The notes under the pieces were generated by a model. That model ran no database searches. It was not told where the DNA came from and saw nothing but the letters and a program-made list of their open reading frames with translations. The translations under genes and the position numbers were made by a program. This document shows, piece after piece, positions 53,301-64,000 of a stretch of DNA of 64,000 bases. Numbering within the stretch: position 1 is the first letter of the stretch; the number at the start of each line of letters is the position of its first letter. Source of the DNA: the human T2T-CHM13v2.0 reference genome, Homo sapiens; assembly GCF_009914755.1 (NCBI RefSeq), contig NC_060943.1, one strand, 5' to 3'.

Positions 53301-56300
53301 TTTGTGATGTGTGCGTTCAACTCACACAGTTTAACCTTTCTTTTCATAGAGCAGTTAGGAAACACTCTGTTTGTAAAGTCTGCAAGTGGATATTCACACC
53401 TCCTTGAGGCCTTCGTTGGAAACGGGATTTCTTCATATTATGCTAGACAGAAGAATTCTCAGTAACTTCCTTGTGTTGTGTGTATTCAACTCACAGAGTT
53501 GAACGATCCTTTACACAGAGCAGACTTGAAACACTCTTTTTGTGGAATTTGCAAGTGGATATTTCAGCCGCTTTGAGTTCAATGGTAGAATAGGAAATAT
53601 CTTCCTATAGAAACTAGACAGAATGATTCTCAGAAACTCCTTTGTGATGTGTGCGTTCAACTCACAGAGTTCAACCTTTCTTTTCATAGAGCAGTTGGGA
53701 AACACTCTGTTTGTAAAGTCTGCAAGTGGATATTCAGACTTCTTTGAGGCCTTCTTTGGAAGCGGGATTTCTTCATGTTCTGCTAGACAGAAGAATTCTC
53801 AGAAACTTCCTTGTGTTGTGTGTTTTCAACTCACAGAGTTGAACGATCCTTTACACAGAGCAGACTTGAAACACTCCTTTTGTGGAATTTGCAAGTGGAG
53901 ATTTCAGCCGCTTTGAGGTCAATGGTAGAATAGGAAATATCTTCCTATAGAAAGAAGACAGAATGATTCTCAGAAACTCCTTTGTGATGTGTGCGTTCAA
54001 CTCACAGAGTTTAACCTTTCTTTTCATAGAGCAGTTAGGAAACACTCTGTTTGTAAAGTCTGCAAGTGGATATTCAGACCTCCTTGAGGCCTTCGTTGGA
54101 AGCGGGATTTCTTCATGTTCAGCTAGACAGAAGAATTCTCAGAAACTTCCTTGTGTTGTGTGTTTTCAACTCACAGAGTTGAACGATCCTTTACACAGAG
54201 CAGACTTGAAACACTCCTTTTGTGGAATTTGCAAGTGGAGATTTCAGCCGCTTTGAGGTCAATGGTAGAATAGGAAATATCTTCCTATAGAAACTAGACA
54301 GAATGATTCTCAGAAACTCCTTTGTGATGTGTGCGTTCAACTCACAGAGTTTAACATTTCTTTTCATAGAGCAGTTAGGAAACACTCTGTTTGTAAAGTC
54401 TGCAAGTGGATATTCAGACATCCTTGAGGCTTTCGTTGGAAACGGGATTTCTTCATATTCTGCTAGAAAGAAGAATTCTCAGTAACTTCCTTGTGTTGTG
54501 TGTATTCAACTCACAGAGTTGAACGATCCTTTACACAGAGCAGACTTGAAACACTCTTTTTGTGGAATTTGCAAGTGGAGATTTCAGCCGCTTTGAGTTC
54601 AATGGTAGAATAGGAAATATCTTCCTATAGAAACTAGACAGAATGATTCTCAGAAACTCCTTTGTGATGTGTGCGTTCAACTCACAGAGTTTAACCTTTC
54701 TTTTCATAGAGCAGTTGGGAAACACTCTGTTTGTAAAGTCTGCAAGTGGATATTCAGACATCTTTGAGGCTTTCTTTGGAAACGGGATTTCTTCATATTC
54801 TGCTAGAAAGAAGAATTCTCAGTAACTTCCTTGTGTTGTGTGTATTCAACTCACAGAGTTGAACGATCCTTTACACAGAGCAGACTTGAAACACTCTTTT
54901 TGTGGAATTTGCAAGTGGAGATTTCAGCCGCTTTGAGTTCAATGGTAGAATAGGAAATATCTTCCTATAGAAACTAGACAGAATGATTCTCAGAAACTCC
55001 TTTGTGATGTGTGCGTTCAACTCACAGAGTTCAACCTTTCTTTTAATAGAGCAGTTGGGAAACACTCTGTTTGTAAAGTCTGCAAGTGGATATTCAGACT
55101 TCTTTGAGGCCTTCGTTGGAAGCGGGATTTCTTCATATTCTGCTAGACAGAAGAATTCTCATAAACCTCCTTGTGTTGTGTGTATTCAACTCACAGAGTT
55201 GAACGACCCTTTACACAGAGCAGACTTGAAACACTCTTTTTGTGGAATTTGCAAGTGGAGATTTCAGCCGCTTTGAGGTCAATGGTAGAATAGGAAATAT
55301 CTTCCTATAGAAACTAGACAGAATGATTCTCAGAAACTCCTTTGTGATGTGTGCGTTCAACTCACAGAGTTTAACCTTTCTTTTCATAGAGCAGTTAGGA
55401 AACACTCTGTTTGTAAAGTCTGCAAGTGGATATTCAGACATCCTTGAGGCTTTCGTTGGAAACGGGATTTCTTCATATTCTGCTAGAAAGAAGAATTCTC
55501 AGTAACTTCCTTGTGTTGTGTGTATTCAACTCACAGAGTTGAACGATCCTTTACACAGAGCAGACTTGAAACACTCTTTTTGTGGAATTTGGAAGTGGAG
55601 ATTTCAGCCGCTTTGAGTTCAATGGTAGAATAGGAAATATCTTCCTATAGAAACTAGACAGAATGATTCTCAGAAACTCCTTTGTGATGTGTGCGTTCAA
55701 CTCACAGAGTTCAACCTTTCTTTTCATAGAGCAGTTGGGAAACACTCTGTTTGTAAAGTCTGCATGTGGATATTCAGACATCCTTGAGGCTTTCGTTGGA
55801 AACGGGATTTCTTCATATTCTGCTAGAAAGAAGAATTCTCAGTAACTTCCTTGTGTTGTGTGTTTTCAACTCACAGAGTTGAACGATCCTTTACACAGAG
55901 CAGACTTGAAACACTCCTTTTGTGGAATTTGCAAGTGGAGATTTCAGCCGCTTTGAGGTCAATGGTAGAATAGGAAATATCTTCCTATAGAAAGTAGACA
56001 GAATGATTCTCAGAAACTCCTTTGTGATGTGTGCGTTCAACTCACAGAGTTTAACCTTTCTTTTCATAGAGCAGTTAGGAAACACTCTGTTTGTAAAGTC
56101 TGCAAGTGGATATTCAGACCTCCTTGAGGCCTTCGTTGGAAACGGGATTTCTTCATATTATGCTAGACAGTAGAATTCTCAGTAACTTCCTTGTGTTGTG
56201 TGTATTCAACAAACAGAGTTGAACGATCCTTTACACAGAGCAGACTTGAAACACTCTTTTTGTGGAATTTGCAAGTGGAGATTTCAGCCGCTTTGAGTTC

Positions 56301-57190
56301 AATGGTAGTATAGGAAATATCTTCCTATAGAAACTAGACAGAATGATTCTCAGAAACTCCTTTGTGATGTGTGCGTTCAACTCACAGAGTTCAACCTTTC
56401 TTTTAATAGAGCAGTTGGGAAACACTCTGTTTGTAAAGTCTGCAAGTGGATATTCAGACTTCTTTGAGGCCTTCGTTGGAAGCGGGATTTCTTCATATTC
56501 TGCTAGACAGAAGAATTCTCAGTAACTTCCTTGTGTTGTGTGTATTCAACTCACAGAGTTGAACGATCCTTTACACAAAGCAGACTTGAAACACTCTTTT
56601 TGTGGAATTTGCAAGTGGAGATTTCAGCCGCTTTGAGGTCAATGGTAGAATAGGAAATATCTTCCTATAGAAAGTAGACAGAATGATTCTCAGAAACTCC
56701 TTTGTGATGTGTGCGTTCAACTCACAGAGTTTAACCTTTCTTTTCATAAAGCAGTTAGGAAACACTCTGTTTGTAAAGTCTGCAAGTGGATATTCAGACA
56801 TCCTTGAGGCTTTCGTTGGAAAAGGGATTTCTTCATATTCTGCTAGAAAGAAGAATTCTCAGTAACTTCCTTGTGTTGTGTGTATTCAACTCACAGAGTT
56901 GAACGATCCTTTACACAGAGCAGACTTGAAACACTCTTTTTGTGGAATTTGCAAGTGGAGATTTCAGCCGCTTTGAGGTCAATGGTAGAATAGGAAATAT
57001 CTTCCTATAGAAACTAGACAGAATGATTCTCAGAAACTCCTTTGTGATGTGTGCGTTCAACTCACAGAGTTTAACCTTTCTTTTCATAGCGCAGTTGGGA
57101 AACACTCTGTTTGTAAAGTCTGCAAGTGGATATTCAGACATCCTTGAGGCTTTCGTTGGAAACGGGATTTCTTCATATTCTGCTAGAAAG
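41400..57190 (+). repeat. 29-dimer (9860-bp) offset duplication: ~41400-47330 vs ~51260-57190
   Basis: Markers recur at +9860: 41760/51620, 42812/52672, 45732/55592, 46351/56211, 46449/56309, 46718/56578, 47230/57090. Confidence 0.85.
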
Positions 57191-60100
57191 AAGAATTCTC
57201 AGTAACTTCCTTGTGTTGTGTGTATTCAACTCACAGAGTTGAACGATCCTTTACACAGAGCAGACTTGAAACACTCTTTTTGTGGAATTTGCAAGTGGAG
57301 ATTTCAGCCGCTTTGAGGTCAATGGTAGAATAGGAAATATCTTCCTATAGAAACTAGACAGAATGATTCTCAGAAACTCCTTTGTGATGTGTGCGTTCAA
57401 CTCACAGAGTTTAACCTTTCTTTTCATAGAGCAGTTGGGAAACACTCTGTTTGTAAAGTCTGCAAGTGGATATTCAGACATCCTTGAGGCTTTCGTTGGA
57501 AACGGGATTTCTTCATATTCTGCTAGAAAGAAGAATTCTCAGTAACTTCCTTGTGTTGTGTGTATTCAACTCACAGAGTTGAACGATCCTTTACACAGAG
57601 CAGACTTGAAACACTCTTTTTGCGGAATTTGCAAGTGGAGATTTCAGCCGCTTTGAGGTCAATGGTAGAATAGGAAATATCTTCCTATAGAAACTAGACA
57701 GAATGATTCTCAGAAACTCCTTTGTGATGTGTGCGTTCAACTCACACAGTTTAACCTTTCTTTTCATAGAGCAGTTGGGAAACACTCTGTTTGTAAAGTC
57801 TGCAAGTGGATATTCAGACCTCCTTGAGGCCTTCGTTGGAAACGGGATTTCTTCATATTATGCTAGACAGAAGAATTCTCAGTAACTTCCTTGTGTTGTG
57901 TGTATTCAACTCACAGAGTTGAACGATCCTTTACACACAGCAGACTTGAAACACTCTTTTTGTGGAACTTGCAAGTGGAGATTTCAGCCGCTTTGAGTTC
58001 AATGGTAGAATAGGAAATATCTTCCTATAGAAACTAGACAGAATGATTCTCAGAAACTCCTTTGTGATGTGTGCGTTCAACTCACAGAGTTCAACCTTTC
58101 TTTTCATAGAGCAGTTGGGAAACACTCTGTTTCTAAAGTCTGCAAGTGGATATTCAGACTTCTTTGAGGCCTTCGTTGGAAGCGGGATTTCTTCATGTTC
58201 TGCTAGACAGAAGAATTCTCAGAAACTTCCTTGTGTTGTGTGTTTTCAACTCACAGAGTTGAACGATCCTTTACACAGAGCAGACTTGAAACACTCCTTT
58301 TGTGGAATTTGCAAGTGGAGATTTCAGCCGCTTTGAGGTCAATGGTAGAATAGGAAATATCTTCCTATAGAAAGTAGACAGAATGATTCTCAGAAACTCC
58401 TTTGTGATGTGTGCGTTCAACTCACAGAGTTTAACCTTTCTTTTCATAGAGCAGTTAGGAAACACTCTGTTTGTAAAGTCTGCAAGTGGATATTCAGACC
58501 TCCTTGAGGCCTTCGTTGGAAACGGGATTTCTTCATATTATGCTAGACAGAAGAATTCTCAGTAACTTTCTTGTGTTGTGTGTATTCAACTCACAGAGTT
58601 GAACGATCCTTTACACAGAGCAGACTTGAAACACTCTTTTTGTGGAATTTGCAAGTGGAGATTTCAGCCGCTTTGAGGTCAATGGTAGAATAGGAAATAT
58701 CTTCCTATAGAAACTAGACAGAATGATTCTCAGAAACTCCTTTGTGATGTGTGCGTTCAACTCACAGAGTTCAACCTTTCTTTTCATAGAGCAGTTGGGA
58801 AACACTCTGTTTGTAAAGTCTGCAAGTGGATATTCAGACTTCTTTGAGGCCTTCTTTGGAAGCGGGATTTCTTCATGTTCTGCTAGACAGAAGAATTCTC
58901 AGAAACTTCCTTGTGTTGTGTGTTTTCAACTCACAGAGTTGAACGATCCTTTACACAGAGCAGACTTGAAACACTCCTTTTGTGGAATTTGCAAGTGGAG
59001 ATTTCAGCCGCTTTGAGGTCAATGGTAGAATAGGAAATATCTTCCTATAGAAAGAAGACAGAATGATTCTCAGAAACTCCTTTGTGATGTGTGCGTTCAA
59101 CTCACAGAGTTTAACCTTTCTTTTCATAGAGCAGTTAGGAAACACTCTGTTTGTAAAGTCTGCAAGTGGATATTCAGACCTCCTTGAGGCCTTCGTTGGA
59201 AGCGGGATTTCTTCATGTTCAGCTAGACAGAAGAATTCTCAGAAACTTCCTTGTGTTGTGTGTTTTCAACTCACAGAGTTGAACGATCCTTTACACAGAA
59301 CAGACTTGAAACACTCCTTTTGTGGAATTTGCAAGTGGAGATTTCAGCCGCTTTGAGGTCAATGGTAGAATAGGAAATATCTTCCTATAGAAACTAGACA
59401 GAATGATTCTCAGAAACTCCTTTGTGATGTGTGCGTTCAACTCACAGAGTTTAACATTTCTTTTCATAGAGCAGTTAGGAAACACTCTGTTTGTAAAGTC
59501 TGCAAGTGGATATTCAGACATCCTTGAGGCTTTCGTTGGAAACGGGATTTCTTCATATTCTGCTAGAAAGAAGAATTCTCAGTAACTTCCTTGTGTTGTG
59601 TGTATTCAACTCACAGAGTTGAACGATCCTTTACAAAGAGCAGACTTGAAACACTCTTTTTGTGGAATTTGCAAGTGGAGATTTCAGCCGCTTTGAGTTC
59701 AATGGTAGAATAGGAAATATCTTCCTATAGAAACTAGACAGAATGATTCTCAGAAACTCCTTTGTGATGTGTGCGTTCAACTCACAGAGTTTAACCTTTC
59801 TTTTCATAGAGCAGTTGGGAAACACTCTGTTTGTAAAGTCTGCAAGTGGATATTCAGACATCTTTGAGGCTTTCGTTGGAAACGGGATTTCTTCATATTC
59901 TGCTAGAAAGAAGAATTCTCAGTAACTTCCTTGTGTTGTGTGTATTCAACTCACAGAGTTGAACGATCCTTTACACAGAGCAGACTTGAAACACTCTTTT
60001 TGTGGAATTTGCAAGTGGAGATTTCAGCCGCTTTGAGTTCAATGGTAGAATAGGAAATATCTTCCTATAGAAACTAGACAGAATGATTCTCAGAAACTCC

Positions 60101-63100
60101 TTTGTGATGTGTGCGTTCAACTCACAGAGTTCAACCTTTCTTTTAATAGAGCAGTTGGGAAACACTCTGTTTGTAAAGTCTGCAAGTGGATATTCAGACT
60201 TCTTTGAGGCCTTCGTTGGAAGCGGGATTTCTTCATATTCTGCTAGACAGAAGAATTCTCATAAACCTCCTTGTGTTGTGTGTATTCAACTCACAGAGTT
60301 GAACGACCCTTTACACAGAGCAGACTTGAAACACTCTTTTTGTGGAATTTGCAAGTGGAGATTTCAGCCGCTTTGAGGTCAATGGTAGAATAGGAAATAT
60401 CTTCCTATAGAAACTAGACAGAATGATTCTCAGAAACTCCTTTGTGATGTGTGCGTTCAACTCACAGAGTTTAACCTTTCTTTTCATAGAGCAGTTAGGA
60501 AACACTCTGTTTGTAAAGTCTGCAAGTGGATATTCAGACATCCTTGAGGCTTTCGTTGGAAACGGGATTTCTTCATATTCTGCTAGAAAGAAGAATTCTC
60601 AGTAACTTCCTTGTGTTGTGTGTATTCAACTCACAGAGTTGAACGATCCTTTACACAGAGCAGACTTGAAACACTCTTTTTGTGGAATTTGGAAGTGGAG
60701 ATTTCAGCCGCTTTGAGTTCAATGGTAGAATAGGAAATATCTTCCTATAGAAACTAGACAGAATGATTCTCAGAAACTCCTTTGTGATGTGTGCGTTCAA
60801 CTCACAGAGTTCAACCTTTCTTTTCATAGAGCAGTTGGGAAACACTCTGTTTGTAAAGTCTGCATGTGGATATTCAGACATCCTTGAGGCTTTCGTTGGA
60901 AACGGGATTTCTTCATATTATGCTAGACAGAAGAATTCTCAGTAACTTCCTTGTGTTGTGTGTTTTCAACTCACAGAGTTGAACGATCCTTTACACAGAG
61001 CAGACTTGAAACACTCCTTTTGTGGAATTTGCAAGTGGAGATTTCAGCCGCTTTGAGGTCAATGGTAGAATAGGAAATATCTTCCTATAGAAAGTAGACA
61101 GAATGATTCTCAGAAACTCCTTTGTGATGTGTGCGTTCAACTCACAGAGTTTAACCTTTCTTTTCATAGAGCAGTTAGGAAACACTCTGTTTGTAAAGTC
61201 TGCAAGTGGATATTCAGACCTCCTTGAGGCCTTCGTTGGAAACGGGATTTCTTCATATTATGCTAGACAGAAGAATTCTCAGTAACTTCCTTGTGTTGTG
61301 TGTATTCAACAAACAGAGTTGAACGATCCTTTACACAGAGCAGACTTGAAACACTCTTTTTGTGGAATTTGCAAGTGGAGATTTCAGCCGCTTTGAGTTC
61401 AATGGTAGTATAGGAAATATCTTCCTATAGAAACTAGACAGAATGATTCTCAGAAACTCCTTTGTGATGTGTGCGTTCAACTCACAGAGTTCAACCTTTC
61501 TTTTAATAGAGCAGTTGGGAAACACTCTGTTTGTAAAGTCTGCAAGTGGATATTCAGACTTCTTTGAGGCCTTCGTTGGAAGCGGGATTTCTTCATATTC
61601 TGCTAGACAGAAGAATTCTCAGTAACTTCCTTGTGTTGTGTGTATTCAACTCACAGAGTTGAACGATCCTTTACACAAAGCAGACTTGAAACACTCTTTT
61701 TGTGGAATTTGCAAGTGGAGATTTCAGCCGCTTTGAGGTCAATGGTAGAATAGGAAATATCTTCCTATAGAAAGTAGACAGAATGATTCTCAGAAACTCC
61801 TTTGTGATGTGTGCGTTCAACTCACAGAGTTTAACCTTTCTTTTCATAAAGCAGTTAGGAAACACTCTGTTTGTAAAGTCTGCAAGTGGATATTCAGACA
61901 TCCTTGAGGCTTTCGTTGGAAACGGGATTTCTTCATATTCTGCTAGAAAGAAGAATTCTCAGTAACTTCCTTGTGTTGTGTGTATTCAACTCACAGAGTT
62001 GAACGATCCTTTACACAGAGCAGACTTGAAACACTCTTTTTGTGGAATTTGCAAGTGGAGATTTCAGCCGCTTTGAGGTCAATGGTAGAATAGGAAATAT
62101 CTTCCTATAGAAACTAGACAGAATGATTCTCAGAAACTCCTTTGTGATGTGTGCGTTCAACTCACAGAGTTTAACCTTTCTTTTCATAGCGCAGTTGGGA
62201 AACACTCTGTTTGTAAAGTCTGCAAGTGGATATTCAGACATCCTTGAGGCTTTCGTTGGAAACGGGATTTCTTCATATTCTGCTAGAAAGAAGAATTCTC
62301 AGTAACTTCCTTGTGTTGTGTGTATTCAACTCACAGAGTTGAACGATCCTTTACACAGAGCAGACTTGAAACACTCTTTTTGTGGAATTTGCAAGTGGAG
62401 ATTTCAGCCGCTTTGAGGTCAATGGTAGAATAGGAAATATCTTCCTATAGAAACTAGACAGAATGATTCTCAGAAACTCCTTTGTGATGTGTGCGTTCAA
62501 CTCACAGAGTTTAACCTTTCTTTTCATAGAGCAGTTGGGAAACACTCTGTTTGTAAAGTCTGCAAGTGGATATTCAGACATCCTTGAGGCTTTCGTTGGA
62601 AACGGGATTTCTTCATATTCTGCTAGAAAGAAGAATTCTCAGTAACTTCCTTGTGTTGTGTGTATTCAACTCACAGAGTTGAACGATCCTTTACACAGAG
62701 CAGACTTGAAACACTCTTTTTGCGGAATTTGCAAGTGGAGATTTCAGCCGCTTTGAGGTCAATGGTAGAATAGGAAATATCTTCCTATAGAAACTAGACA
62801 GAATGATTCTCAGAAACTCCTTTGTGATGTGTGCGTTCAACTCACACAGTTTAACCTTTCTTTTCATAGAGCAGTTGGGAAACACTCTGTTTGTAAAGTC
62901 TGCAAGTGGATATTCAGACCTCCTTGAGGCCTTCGTTGGAAACGGGATTTCTTCATATTATGCTAGACAGAAGAATTCTCAGTAACTTCCTTGTGTTGTG
63001 TGTATTCAACTCACAGAGTTGAACGATCCTTTACACACAGCAGACTTGAAACACTCTTTTTGTGGAACTTGCAAGTGGAGATTTCAGCCGCTTTGAGTTC

Positions 63101-64000
63101 AATGGTAGAATAGGAAATATCTTCCTATAGAAACTAGACAGAATGATTCTCAGAAACTCCTTTGTGATGTGTGCGTTCAACTCACAGAGTTCAACCTTTC
63201 TTTTCATAGAGCAGTTGGGAAACACTCTGTTTCTAAAGTCTGCAAGTGGATATTCAGACTTCTTTGAGGCCTTCGTTGGAAGCGGGATTTCTTCATGTTC
63301 TGCTAGACAGAAGAATTCTCAGAAACTTCCTTGTGTTGTGTGTTTTCAACTCACAGAGTTGAACGATCCTTTACACAGAGCAGACTTGAAACACTCCTTT
63401 TGTGGAATTTGCAAGTGGAGATTTCAGCCGCTTTGAGGTCAATGGTAGAATAGGAAATATCTTCCTATAGAAAGTAGACAGAATGATTCTCAGAAACTCC
63501 TTTGTGATGTGTGCGTTCAACTCACAGAGTTTAACCTTTCTTTTCATAGAGCAGTTAGGAAACACTCTGTTTGTAAAGTCTGCAAGTGGATATTCAGACC
63601 TCCTTGAGGCCTTCGTTGGAAACGGGATTTCTTCATATTATGCTAGACAGAAGAATTCTCAGTAACTTTCTTGTGTTGTGTGTATTCAACTCACAGAGTT
63701 GAACGATCCTTTACACAGAGCAGACTTGAAACACTCTTTTTGTGGAATTTGCAAGTGGAGATTTCAGCCGCTTTGAGGTCAATGGTAGAATAGGAAATAT
63801 CTTCCTATAGAAACTAGACAGAATGATTCTCAGAAACTCCTTTGTGATGTGTGCGTTCAACTCACAGAGTTCAACCTTTCTTTTCATAGAGCAGTTGGGA
63901 AACACTCTGTTTGTAAAGTCTGCAAGTGGATATTCAGACTTCTTTGAGGCCTTCTTTGGAAGCGGGATTTCTTCATGTTCTGCTAGACAGAAGAATTCTC
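53600..64000 (+). repeat. Tandem duplication of 15 dimers (5100-bp period), running off the window end
   Basis: Markers recur at +5100: 55592/60692, 56211/61311, 56309/61409, 56578/61678, 57090/62190, 57938/63038, 57968/63068, 58133/63233. Confidence 0.9.

Larger units (their letters stand above)
1..64000 (+). repeat. Centromeric alpha-satellite array, 340-bp dimeric repeat (SF1, J1/J2; D1Z7/D5Z2/D19Z3 = S1C1/5/19-type), ~188 dimers
   Basis: Exact 340-bp periodicity: ORF-track starts step 244, 584, 924... and shift by -1 after ~23505. Two related monomers: TGCAAGTGGA at 2, 171, 342, giving 169 + 171 bp. Hallmark alphoid motifs (TTCAACTCACAGAG, GAAACACTCT, CTAGACAGAA) and a CENP-B box in every second monomer. 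The family assignment comes from recognition of the consensus; the chromosome is not resolved. Confidence 0.97.

Noticed and set aside
132-63905. Hundreds of 60-124 aa ORFs on both strands (MILRNSFV..., MSEYPLAD..., MFPNCSMK...)
   Set aside because: They are translations of the satellite unit recurring every 340 bp. Starts and stops are gained and lost by single SNPs, there is no recognisable domain, and some listed starts are non-ATG. Used only as a SNP readout.
1-64000. CRISPR-like or other repeat-spacer system
   Set aside because: There are no unique spacers; the entire unit repeats and no cas-like or other genes are present.
1-64000. Transposon insertion, inversion or non-satellite island
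   Set aside because: The 340-bp register and orientation are maintained throughout apart from a 1-bp deletion; no poly-A tail, target-site duplication or foreign sequence was seen.
1-64000. Assignment to a specific chromosome or to the active CENP-A domain
   Set aside because: Chr1, chr5 and chr19 share this family, and kinetochore position is epigenetic; this needs alignment to assemblies plus methylation or CENP-A data.
1-64000. Dimer-class order as an encoded message or novel biological system
   Set aside because: Duplication, deletion and conversion of a tandem array explain the order adequately; nothing in the sequence supports a coding function.

Overview
The whole 64 kb is one uninterrupted, head-to-tail array of primate centromeric alpha-satellite, almost certainly human. 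It holds about 188 copies of a 340-bp dimer (169 + 171 bp monomers). Each dimer carries one EcoRI site, one CENP-B-box monomer and one box-less (A-type/pJalpha-position) monomer. This matches the suprachromosomal family 1 (J1/J2) dimer of the D1Z7/D5Z2/D19Z3 (S1C1/5/19) type; I cannot tell chr1, chr5 and chr19 apart by eye. There are no genes, transposons or inversions, and only one visible indel (1 bp at about 23505). All ORFs in the track are artefacts of the repeat. I found no novel gene system. The real structure is a hidden layer of SNP-defined dimer classes (named here I, H, L, F, X, M) that follow strict ordering rules. They form nested super-repeats of 3, 5, 9, 15, 16, 18, 29 and about 75 dimers, with chimeric junction dimers and short gene-conversion tracts. 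One amplified class (X) carries a broken CENP-B box. Counts were made by eye, helped by the ORF track as a SNP readout, and should be confirmed computationally.
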